Positions 17,986 through 26,397 of a stretch of 45,909 bases of DNA are shown here, piece after piece. Location: positions 1-45,909 of the forward strand of contig CAZYEE010000002.1 in NCBI GenBank assembly GCA_964646355.1, in the 5' to 3' direction. Every line of letters begins with the position of its first letter. Within the stretch, counting starts at the first letter, position 1. The notes beneath the pieces are model-generated. The model saw nothing but the letters and a program-made list of their open reading frames with translations. It was not told the origin of the DNA and ran no database searches. The stretch is from an uncultured archaeon (GTDB lineage: Archaea; Asgardarchaeota; Lokiarchaeia; Helarchaeales; HEL-GB-B). The position numbers were made by a program, and so were the translations under genes.

Positions 17986-18942
17986 ATGGAAAATTTGTTG
18001 AAAGTAGTTGATGATATTCATAATATAAGAATTCAAGGAGCCACAAATGTTGCAATTCATGGAATAAAAGCTTTTTCAGAATATATTCAAGCCATAGATG
18101 TAAAAGATTTGGATGAATTAAAGAAAAAAATGGAAAAAGCAAGAAAATTATTGAGTGAGGCTAGACCTACAGAACCAGGATTAATTAACGGATTAATCCA
18201 TGTAATAAATGGTCTGAATATTGACAATATAAAAGAAGATAATCCTATTGAAATTATAAAACACAGGATTGGGATTATAACCGATTATTATATTAATTTT
18301 ATTAAAGAGGCAAAAGAAAAAATTGGAATGATAGGTGCTAGAAGAATAGAAAATGGGAGTATAATTATGACCCATTGCCATTCTTCTGTTGTAACTAATA
18401 TTTTTATTACTGCAAAAAATATGGGTAAAGAATTTCAGGTGATTTGTACTGAAACAAGACCTAAATATCAAGGACGAATTACGGTAAAGGAAATGCTGGA
18501 AAATGGAATTCCTACTACATTGATTGTAGATTCTGCGATGCGATGGATCTTAAAACATAAACAAGTGGACTTGATAATTACTGGATGTGATTCAATTACA
18601 TCAGAAGGTACTGTGATTAATAAAATTGGTTCTAGATTACTTGCGTTGGCTGCTCATGAGATGGATGTGCCATTCTATACCGCTACCACCCTTATTAAAT
18701 ATGATCCAAATACTTCTTTTGGCTATCTGGCTGCAATTGAGCAACGAAGCCCTAATGAGATCTGGGCTGATAGACCTGAGAGTGAGAATTTAAAAATATT
18801 AAATCCTGCATTTGAAACTATTTCAAGAGAATATATAGATGCTTTAATCACAGAGGTTGGTGTTTTTCCGCCCACAATGATTTCGCATATTTATGACAGA
18901 CATTTTGGATGTGTAATAAAAGAATTAAAAAATTTGAGGTGA
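17986..18942 (+). CDS. Ribose-1,5-bisphosphate isomerase (eIF-2B alpha/beta/delta family)
   Basis: eIF-2B-like fold motifs (IRIQGATNVAIHG, MTHCHSS, TETRP..QG, GCDSITSEGTVINKIGS). It sits 6 nt upstream of form III RuBisCO, the classic archaeal AMP-salvage pairing. Confidence 0.8.
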   Translation: MENLLKVVDDIHNIRIQGATNVAIHGIKAFSEYIQAIDVKDLDELKKKMEKARKLLSEARPTEPGLINGLIHVINGLNIDNIKEDNPIEIIKHRIGIITDYYINFIKEAKEKIGMIGARRIENGSIIMTHCHSSVVTNIFITAKNMGKEFQVICTETRPKYQGRITVKEMLENGIPTTLIVDSAMRWILKHKQVDLIITGCDSITSEGTVINKIGSRLLALAAHEMDVPFYTATTLIKYDPNTSFGYLAAIEQRSPNEIWADRPESENLKILNPAFETISREYIDALITEVGVFPPTMISHIYDRHFGCVIKELKNLR

Positions 18943-18948
18943 TTTAGT

Positions 18949-20226
18949 TTGAGTTATGATGATTCCATTTTTGTTTCCACGCCGGAGGAAATAGACCCGA
19001 ATGAGTATGTTATTGCAAAATATATGGTAAATTCAAAATATCCGACGAAAAAAGTAGGTCAGATCATAGCAGCAGAGGAATCTATCGGAACATGGACTAA
19101 ACTTGAACATGATATTGAATTTGTGCATGAAAATTTGGTGGCTAAAGTCTTTGAATATACAAATTCAAATTCTGGAGTCATTGCAATAGCATATCCCGTT
19201 GATTTATTCGATATTGAGACAGGAGGAATTCCGAATTTATTAAGCATTATAGCAGGAAATTTATTCGGTCTAACTGAACTTAAAACAATACGTTTGTTAG
19301 ATGTGGATTTCCCGAAAGAATATGTTAGACATTTTCCAGGCCCAAAAATTGGTATTGATGGTATAAGAAAAATTTGTGGGACTACTGAATCTAAGCGACC
19401 GCATGTGGGCACTATAATAAAGCCCAAAGTTGGGCTTGATCCAAAACAGACGGCATTAGTTGCTTATCGAGCAGCACAAGGAGGGCTCGATCTAATTAAA
19501 GATGATGAGACTCTAACAAATCAAAAATTCTGCCCGTTAGAAGAGAGATTGGTAAATGTAATGGAAAAGCTGGATCAACATAAAGAGGAGACGGGTAAAA
19601 CGGTATTGTACGCAGTAAATATATCCTCTGACTATGATAAACTGCTTGATTTAGCTGATTTTGCCAAAAATAATGGTGCAAACTGTTTAATGATAGACGT
19701 CTTAACATGTGGTTTTAGTGCAGTCAAAATTATCGCGGAAGACGCGTCAATAAAATTACCGATCCATATTCATAGAACAATGCATGGCGCAATAACCAGA
19801 GCTAAAAATTATGGTATTTCAATGCTTACTATAGCAAAACTGGTCCGAATGGTAGGTGGAGATCAACTTCATACTGGAACAGGAGCTGGAAAAATGGGAG
19901 ATGTAGATGAATTACCTGAAATTCAGCAAATTAATAAATTTTTGAGAAGTGATTGGTATGGATTTAAAAAGACATTTCCAGTAGCATCAGGAGGCATTCA
20001 TCCCGGCATTGTGCCCCGAAATATAGAGTTATTGGGCACGGATATAGTTATACAGGCTGGTGGTGGTGTTCATGGGCATCCAATGGGTACTACAGCAGGA
20101 GCAAAGGCTATGATACAAGCTGTTGAAGCATCTATGAAAGGAATTGAGTTAAAGGAATATGCAAAAACGCATAAGGAACTAAAAATTGCAATCGATAAAT
20201 GGGGAGAATTATATAAAAAAGTTTAA
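18949..20226 (+). CDS. rbcL: Ribulose-bisphosphate carboxylase large subunit, form III
   Basis: Catalytic motifs are intact: GNLFG, GLDLIKDDE (carbamylated Lys), HIHRTMHG, GGIHPG and GGGVHGHP. 425 aa. The start is TTG. The next in-frame Met is residue 26, which lies inside conserved sequence. Confidence 0.92.
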   Translation: MSYDDSIFVSTPEEIDPNEYVIAKYMVNSKYPTKKVGQIIAAEESIGTWTKLEHDIEFVHENLVAKVFEYTNSNSGVIAIAYPVDLFDIETGGIPNLLSIIAGNLFGLTELKTIRLLDVDFPKEYVRHFPGPKIGIDGIRKICGTTESKRPHVGTIIKPKVGLDPKQTALVAYRAAQGGLDLIKDDETLTNQKFCPLEERLVNVMEKLDQHKEETGKTVLYAVNISSDYDKLLDLADFAKNNGANCLMIDVLTCGFSAVKIIAEDASIKLPIHIHRTMHGAITRAKNYGISMLTIAKLVRMVGGDQLHTGTGAGKMGDVDELPEIQQINKFLRSDWYGFKKTFPVASGGIHPGIVPRNIELLGTDIVIQAGGGVHGHPMGTTAGAKAMIQAVEASMKGIELKEYAKTHKELKIAIDKWGELYKKV

Positions 20227-20245
20227 ATCCTTTTTTTTGATCTAA

Positions 20246-20878
20246 ATGACCTCTAAAAAGATGAATTACGAGTCAGAAATTAGAATATTTATTAATGATA
20301 TAGAATATTTTATTAAAAAACTTCTAAATCTAAATGCAAAAGTTATAAAACGGTATAGTTTTATTGATGAAGTCTATACACCAAATAACGAGACTTGGGA
20401 CATTAAAACCAAATGTATTAGGATTAGGACATATTCTGATTCCGAGGAAAGCAAAATTTTATTATCAAGCGTTAAGTTATATAAAATAAAAGGTTTTGAA
20501 TTTAAACAATCAAAATATCCTGAAGGAAAAGTTGTTTTATACACTGGTAAAAAAGATATTGTTATTGAAATATTAAAAGACCTTGGATTTAAACATCTAT
20601 TTACAATAGAAAAGGTTAAGGGAGAATTATACGAAATACCAGCAACTCATAACACAGATAAATTTATTATTGCAGTAGAAAAAATCTGTTACTATTCTAG
20701 TAAAAATCCAGAAAAACGAGAATCAAAATATTTAGCAGAACTCGAAGTTTGGGGAGAGAATATTGATGATATTATAAAAAAATTCAAGAATAGAATACAA
20801 TTACTAAAGATTTCCGAAAAAGATATTACTAATAATTCAGTCCCATATATAGTTTTTAAGAACTTAGGATTTTTTTAA
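20246..20878 (+). CDS. CYTH-domain protein (CyaB/thiamine-triphosphatase-like)
   Basis: N-terminal ExExR/K-like strand (ESEIRIF), IRIR..., and a C-terminal acidic strand (YLAELEVWGE) fit the CYTH barrel pattern. The call is pattern level only. Confidence 0.5.
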   Translation: MTSKKMNYESEIRIFINDIEYFIKKLLNLNAKVIKRYSFIDEVYTPNNETWDIKTKCIRIRTYSDSEESKILLSSVKLYKIKGFEFKQSKYPEGKVVLYTGKKDIVIEILKDLGFKHLFTIEKVKGELYEIPATHNTDKFIIAVEKICYYSSKNPEKRESKYLAELEVWGENIDDIIKKFKNRIQLLKISEKDITNNSVPYIVFKNLGFF

Positions 20879-21916
20879 TTAACCCTGAGAGATCTCATTA
20901 ACAAATTTCTTTATAAACAAGTTTAACTTATTATAAGGAATTCTAGCGCCACAGGCATATTTATGTCCGCCACCAAATCCATTACATAATTTTGAAGTTT
21001 TAATTACAATAGTATGAACTGGTTTGGTACTACGAATGCTAATTCGAATCATTGAATCCTTATAAGGTTCTTTTTTTCTTAAAAAGGGTTTAATAAATGA
21101 TTTTAAGAATAGAAATAATTTAGCAAGCGGATGAATATTTGGTCCATCACCAATAGCTATTGCGTATTCAATATCAGGGACATCAATTAATATTCCCGCA
21201 GCTAATCCGATATATTTCTTAAAAATATGAATTACTGCTACATTATTTTTCATTAAAATAAATTTTTTCAGAACATATTTTCTTATTTTTTCAAGAAATA
21301 ATCTTTTTCTGCTGGCTCTTTCATATATTTTTTTCATTTTATTTTCTTTTTCCAATAAAATGCATCTTAAAAATTCATAACCGTTCTTTATACCCGCCAG
21401 ATTGATAGCATAAAGATCATAAGATTTTTCCCATCTAAATTTTAATATTCTATTTGTGATGTTTTGACTTACCCTTTTATCGGCAATGGCTCCAAGACAC
21501 ATCAGGAACTCTGCTTTATCTCTATCTTTGATATTAATTCTATCCTTATAGACTTTATAAACCAGTTCACTGCAACATAAAGATAGATCACGAATAACTG
21601 TTATTCCATTTTTTCTAATTTCATCATCAAAAGAGTCATAAGTGATATGATGGTCAATTAAGGTGATACGAAAACCATTTTTGACTAATTTGATTAATAA
21701 ATTTTTATATGTAATTGTATCATCTGCATTTAAATCAAAAATGAATAAATTACAAGGTTTTTCTCGTTTTAAAATTTGATTTAATAAAATATTTATATAA
21801 CGGACTGTAGCATAGCGAATTGTATCGATATTTTCTTCATACTTTTTACTAATATCTGTTAATAAGAATATTCCAGCACTGCACCAGCCGTCCGCATCAG
21901 CATGAGTAATAATCAA
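20879..21916 (-). CDS. DHH/DHHA1-family phosphoesterase
   Basis: THADADG, IFDLNAD, LIDHH and the DHHA1 motif GGGHKYACG. TTG start. The stop abuts the stop of the convergent CYTH gene. Confidence 0.8.
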   Translation of the reverse strand: MIITHADADGWCSAGIFLLTDISKKYEENIDTIRYATVRYINILLNQILKREKPCNLFIFDLNADDTITYKNLLIKLVKNGFRITLIDHHITYDSFDDEIRKNGITVIRDLSLCCSELVYKVYKDRINIKDRDKAEFLMCLGAIADKRVSQNITNRILKFRWEKSYDLYAINLAGIKNGYEFLRCILLEKENKMKKIYERASRKRLFLEKIRKYVLKKFILMKNNVAVIHIFKKYIGLAAGILIDVPDIEYAIAIGDGPNIHPLAKLFLFLKSFIKPFLRKKEPYKDSMIRISIRSTKPVHTIVIKTSKLCNGFGGGHKYACGARIPYNKLNLFIKKFVNEISQG

Positions 21917-21970
21917 AGTATATCCTCATTAGAATTTATATGCAATATCCAAATATAATTAAAATATTAT

Positions 21971-22357
21971 CTAAATATCAATTTTTTTCTTCAAAAAATC
22001 AGTAAATTCCTTAAGAAGTTTCTCCACAATAGATTTTTTTTCAGCTTTAAAATTAGCTTCAAGCCATCGGACTTGATTCTTTTCGACCAATCCAGTCATT
22101 TTGATTCTGCATTTATTAATAGACCCTGAAATCACAATCGATTCAATAGGAGTTTCAAATGATTTAATAGCATTATTTATTGAATCAGGGAATTTTTCTA
22201 TGTGTAGATGTGGTGGCTTTTTTAAATCTTTTCTTGGCATGGCGTATATATCAATTGTTAAATTTTCCCATTCAAAACTACTTAATTTATTGAAAAATTC
22301 AACCAAACTCATTTCATTTATTATTGAAGATGTTAAAATTAAACTCTCTTCAGTCAA
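21971..22357 (-). CDS. Hypothetical protein (128 aa)
   Basis: The ORF fills the gap between the flanking genes and has plausible amino-acid composition. No motif was recognised. Confidence 0.45.
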   Translation of the reverse strand: MTEESLILTSSIINEMSLVEFFNKLSSFEWENLTIDIYAMPRKDLKKPPHLHIEKFPDSINNAIKSFETPIESIVISGSINKCRIKMTGLVEKNQVRWLEANFKAEKKSIVEKLLKEFTDFLKKKIDI

Positions 22358-22474
22358 TGTTATCTCACTAATAGATTTAATTATTGAACGTAAAATAAAG
22401 GTTGTTATTAATTTTTTCTTACCATATTAAATTTCACATTAAATTTAAAATCGTAATTATTCAATAAATAATTG

Positions 22475-22915
22475 ATGACTGGTATTTATAAAAAAGGAAC
22501 GATTACTCTAATCGATTTGATAAATAAAGTAAAACAGAATCCAAGAATTGACGAAGCAGGAGCTATAGTAACTTTTACTGGTATTGTTAGAGGATTAAAT
22601 TCAGAGAATAAGAAGGTCGAACACCTCGAAATAGATTCTTATGAGGAAATGGCAGATAAAATACTTAAAAAAATTGCTCAAGAAGAGATTAATAATGGGA
22701 TAATAGATATCCAAATCGCACATATGATCGGTGATTTTTCTAAAGGAGAGGATCTGGTTTATATCGTAATTTTAGGTGCACATCGCAAAGAATGTTTTGA
22801 AACCTTGAAACGTGTTGTTGATAGATATAAATCTGAAGCCCCTTTATGGAAAAAAGAATTCTTAGAATCTGGAGAATCATACTGGATTGGAACACCGACA
22901 GAAAATTCAGAATAG
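22475..22915 (+). CDS. moaE: Molybdopterin synthase catalytic subunit MoaE
   Basis: GAIVTFTGIVRG..., ...LEIDSYEEMA..., HMIGDFSKGEDLVYIVILGAHRKECFE, PLWKKE. The track ORF starts at TTG 22472, and an ATG follows at 22475. Confidence 0.85.
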   Translation: MTGIYKKGTITLIDLINKVKQNPRIDEAGAIVTFTGIVRGLNSENKKVEHLEIDSYEEMADKILKKIAQEEINNGIIDIQIAHMIGDFSKGEDLVYIVILGAHRKECFETLKRVVDRYKSEAPLWKKEFLESGESYWIGTPTENSE

Positions 22916-23009
22916 CAAAACTTTTGAAAATTTTTATAAACAATGATTCCAATTTTTGTTTTACAACTAATTGTATTAATAATTTAAGATAAGAATATGG
23001 TGTGAATTT

Positions 23010-24293
23010 TTGGAACATGAAGAAGAATCTAAATCATATAAATTATATTTACTTAAGAAGAAGATTGAAGTATTAAAACAGAAAAAAGGTTTTCATACAG
23101 CACTTATCTCACTTTATATACCTCCAAATAAATCAGTCAGTGATGTAACTAACTACTTGAAAAACGAATATTCACAAGCATCTAATATAAAATCAAAATC
23201 CAATCGAAAAAACGTTATGGACGCTATTACTTCGATTATTGCCAAATTAAAGATGATTAAGAAAATTCCAGATGAGGGTTTAGCAATTTTTGTGGGTGCT
23301 ATACCAACAAATGGTCCTGGAACCGAGAAAATGGAGAGCTATATGGTATTACCTCCTGAAAAAATTACTACATTTAGATATTATTGTTCATCAGAATTTT
23401 ATCTAGATCCATTAAAAGACATGCTTAGACCAAAAAATGTTTATGGACTTGTAGTATTGGATAGATCTGGAGCGACATTTGCTACTTTACAAGGATCTTC
23501 ATTAAATATTTTGAAAAGAATTTCTTCTGCAGTTCCAGGAAAGCATGGTAAAGGTGGACAATCGCAAAGAAGATTTGAACGATTAATCGAACAAGCTGCA
23601 CATGAATTTTTTGTGCGAGCGGGTGAACATATGAATACGATCTATCTTCCTTTGCTTGAAGGTGAAGAAGGAAACAAACTTGAAGGTATTATTATAGGAG
23701 GCGCTGGACCAACTAAAGAAAAATTTGCAGAAGGAAATTATTTTGACTATAGACTTAAAGAAAAGATAATAACAATTGTAGATGTGGGCTATAGTGATGA
23801 GGCGGGAATTAAGGAAATAATCAGAAAATGTGAAAATCTTTTAGAAAACCTTCAATACATGAAAGAAAGAAAATTAGTACAAACATTTATGAAACATCTA
23901 GCAAAAGATACTGGACTTGCAATATATGGAGAAGAAGAAGTAAGGAAATATTTAAAAATGGGTGCCGTAGAAACTGTTTTGATATCTGAAAATGTAGATA
24001 TTATTAGAGTTACTGTTAGCTGTGATAATTGTGGATGGACTGATAAAAAGACAATGAACTCAAATGAATTTATGAGCTTTGAAATGAAAATTTCAGATAT
24101 GCACTGTCCACAATGCAACTCATCTCTAATTTCTATAAAGGAGAAAATAGATTTAATTGAAAATTTTGGTGAAATTGCAAAAGAAGTAGGAAGTGCTGTA
24201 GAAATTATTTCAAGTAATACTGAGGAAGGTGGCCAATTCTGGGCCGGATTCGGTGGTATAGGTGCAATATTGAGATATAAGGTTAACGAATAA
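23010..24293 (+). CDS. prf1: Peptide chain release factor aRF1
   Basis: NIKS motif (ASNIKSKSNR) and GGQ motif (HGKGGQSQRRFERL). 427 aa. TTG start with no alternative upstream of the conserved N-terminus. The C-domain carries a CDNC...x26...CPQC insertion. Confidence 0.92.
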   Translation: MEHEEESKSYKLYLLKKKIEVLKQKKGFHTALISLYIPPNKSVSDVTNYLKNEYSQASNIKSKSNRKNVMDAITSIIAKLKMIKKIPDEGLAIFVGAIPTNGPGTEKMESYMVLPPEKITTFRYYCSSEFYLDPLKDMLRPKNVYGLVVLDRSGATFATLQGSSLNILKRISSAVPGKHGKGGQSQRRFERLIEQAAHEFFVRAGEHMNTIYLPLLEGEEGNKLEGIIIGGAGPTKEKFAEGNYFDYRLKEKIITIVDVGYSDEAGIKEIIRKCENLLENLQYMKERKLVQTFMKHLAKDTGLAIYGEEEVRKYLKMGAVETVLISENVDIIRVTVSCDNCGWTDKKTMNSNEFMSFEMKISDMHCPQCNSSLISIKEKIDLIENFGEIAKEVGSAVEIISSNTEEGGQFWAGFGGIGAILRYKVNE

Positions 24294-24325
24294 TATAATA
24301 GAAAAAATAATAAGATTATCTAAAA

Positions 24326-24568
24326 TTATTCGATCTTATTTTCTTGATATATTCTTATTATTTTATTCTGACTTAATTCTCCTTTTATAATATTTATTGC
24401 GGATTTTTTGATATTAAAAAATTCAGAAAGCACCTTTATTAATTCTTTATTAGCTTTACCTTTTATGGGAGGTGCCTTTAGCTTGATCTCAAAATAATCG
24501 TGTGAGATCTGCACAATTTTAGTCTCTTTTGATCCTGGTATTACATGTACCTTTATAGTTTTTGTCAT
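24326..24568 (-). CDS. DUF167/YggU-family small protein
   Basis: V.PGSK....I......I.L.APP..GKAN.ELIK.LS..F.I.KS.I.I..G..S..K.I.I is the family signature. 80 aa. Confidence 0.75.
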   Translation of the reverse strand: MTKTIKVHVIPGSKETKIVQISHDYFEIKLKAPPIKGKANKELIKVLSEFFNIKKSAINIIKGELSQNKIIRIYQENKIE

Positions 24569-24729
24569 GAAAAAACCTATTATAGTTAAAGTAATAAGAG
24601 CAGGTTATATTTAATCTAAGTTAGCATTTTTTAAGATATAAGAAATTGTTATTCTTTTAGAATAAGGATAATAAAATATAAATTAATTATGAATATAAAA
24701 GAAATAAATTAAGATAAGTATAATATAAA

Positions 24730-25044
24730 TTAGGTAAAGATATCATCTATATCTTCGTCTTCTAACAAATCATCTTCGATTTCGTCGTCTAAATCAAATT
24801 CAATATAATCATCATCATCAATATATTCTACATCAACATATTCAGCATTTGGTGGCAATTTTCCTTGCATAAAACGCTGATATTCTAAAAATTCTTTTCT
24901 AAATCTAGGGTCTCTTAACATTCGTCGCATAGCATCTTCAGCATTCTGCATACCCTTTCTATATCTTACAAACATTATTGGAAACATTATAATCATTTTA
25001 ATGATTTCAATAAACTTTTTTATTGGATTAACCAAATTTATCAC
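24730..25044 (-). CDS. Small protein with N-terminal hydrophobic helix and extremely acidic C-terminal tail; function unknown
   Basis: 104 aa, GTG start. The tail is YVDVEYIDDDDYIEFDLDDEIEDDLLEDEDIDDIFT. It lies 34 nt downstream of scpB on the same strand. Confidence 0.5.
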   Translation of the reverse strand: MINLVNPIKKFIEIIKMIIMFPIMFVRYRKGMQNAEDAMRRMLRDPRFRKEFLEYQRFMQGKLPPNAEYVDVEYIDDDDYIEFDLDDEIEDDLLEDEDIDDIFT

Positions 25045-25078
25045 ATCTTACTTTATTTAGTTTTTATTTTATTATTGA

Positions 25079-25576
25079 CTATTCATAAAGTTTTTCCAAT
25101 TCGTCTGCTACTCGTTTTAAATTTACTTCATTTATTAATTTTTGGGTGATTTGAAATGTTTCATTTTTGTCATCATAGACAATATAATTAGCTGCTTGTA
25201 ATTCCTTTAAATGTTGTTTCACATTTTGACCTCTTAAGGATTTAAGTAAATCTATATCGATTTTCTGATTTCTGTAATAATATAGAATTATTACTGCTAA
25301 TGTAGCTGTTGCTGCCTTACTTAATTTTGGTCTAACTATCTCTAAATTTTGTAAATAATCAATAAATTCTGGTTTAAGCATTAAATAGAATCTTTTATTT
25401 TTTGTATTATATTTTAAACATAAAACTGAATTCTCTAATTTAGCTTCAAGTTGAGATATTAAAAATAAGCTGTATTCATAATCTTTAATCTTTATTAATT
25501 TAGAGATGTCATGAATAGAAACTCCTTTTTCACCTCTAATAAATAACAATGATTCAAGACACAATAAATGATTCAA
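25079..25576 (-). CDS. scpB: Segregation and condensation protein B (ScpB)
   Basis: N-terminal LESLLFIRGEKGVSIHDISKLI is the ScpB signature. It has two winged-helix halves and follows scpA by 26 nt. Confidence 0.8.
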   Translation of the reverse strand: MNHLLCLESLLFIRGEKGVSIHDISKLIKIKDYEYSLFLISQLEAKLENSVLCLKYNTKNKRFYLMLKPEFIDYLQNLEIVRPKLSKAATATLAVIILYYYRNQKIDIDLLKSLRGQNVKQHLKELQAANYIVYDDKNETFQITQKLINEVNLKRVADELEKLYE

Positions 25577-25602
25577 AATCTCACTTCCAATTTATTCATT
25601 TT

Positions 25603-26289
25603 TTATTCATTAACTACTTTTATATAAATTGTCCCATTAGGAAAATCTTCCTGATATATCTCAATTTTTTCCTCATTTGCTAGATAAGTTAATAAAATAA
25701 GTAGAGCGCCAGCTTCAGACCAATCTTTCCTGGTTAGTAATTCCTCGAATTCAATAACATTTTTATTCATTGAGCGTATCTTCTTATATAATTCATTTAA
25801 TTCTTTTTCAATCAGATAAACTTCAGTTTCTACTGGAAAATAATCAACAATCTGCATGGTTTTATTGTATTTTTTACGTTCAGGTCGATTTATTACGAGG
25901 TCAGTATAACATTTTATAAAATAATTTTCAGTAAGCGGGACCGAGAATTCTGGAATTTTATGATAGAAATTAATAGTTTCTGCAAGTTGGTCATCATTAA
26001 GGGATTTTATTGTTTGAAAAAACTCGAAATTTCCTTTTATTTTTTTTCCAATTATTTTTTGTAAAAGATTTTCTACTTTTTTCTGTATAATTTCAGCAGA
26101 TTGTGAATACACTTCCACTGTTATTTCATCATATCGCCCTTTTTTCAACTCAGATTTTAAAGGTTCATATATGGTATTTATCAAGTTTAGGTTATCTAAA
26201 GAGATTTCACCTTTGAGTGCTTTTGTACATATTTCCAAAATTTTTTCTGCATTGTTTATTTTATTTTTAATTTCTTTATCTTCAGACAT
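25603..26289 (-). CDS. scpA: Kleisin ScpA (segregation and condensation protein A)
   Basis: 228-aa helical protein sitting between smc and scpB, the conserved operon position. The C-terminal winged-helix-like segment is WSEAGALLILLTYLANEEKIEIYQE. Confidence 0.7.
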   Translation of the reverse strand: MSEDKEIKNKINNAEKILEICTKALKGEISLDNLNLINTIYEPLKSELKKGRYDEITVEVYSQSAEIIQKKVENLLQKIIGKKIKGNFEFFQTIKSLNDDQLAETINFYHKIPEFSVPLTENYFIKCYTDLVINRPERKKYNKTMQIVDYFPVETEVYLIEKELNELYKKIRSMNKNVIEFEELLTRKDWSEAGALLILLTYLANEEKIEIYQEDFPNGTIYIKVVNE

Positions 26290-26397
26290 AATTAAACCTT
26301 TAAAATCTTCGTTTAATTTCTATTATAATTCTTATAGAATTTTCATCCATTTTTTATAATTTTCACCTAGACTTTAGGTTCTGTTATCTTAAATTTA

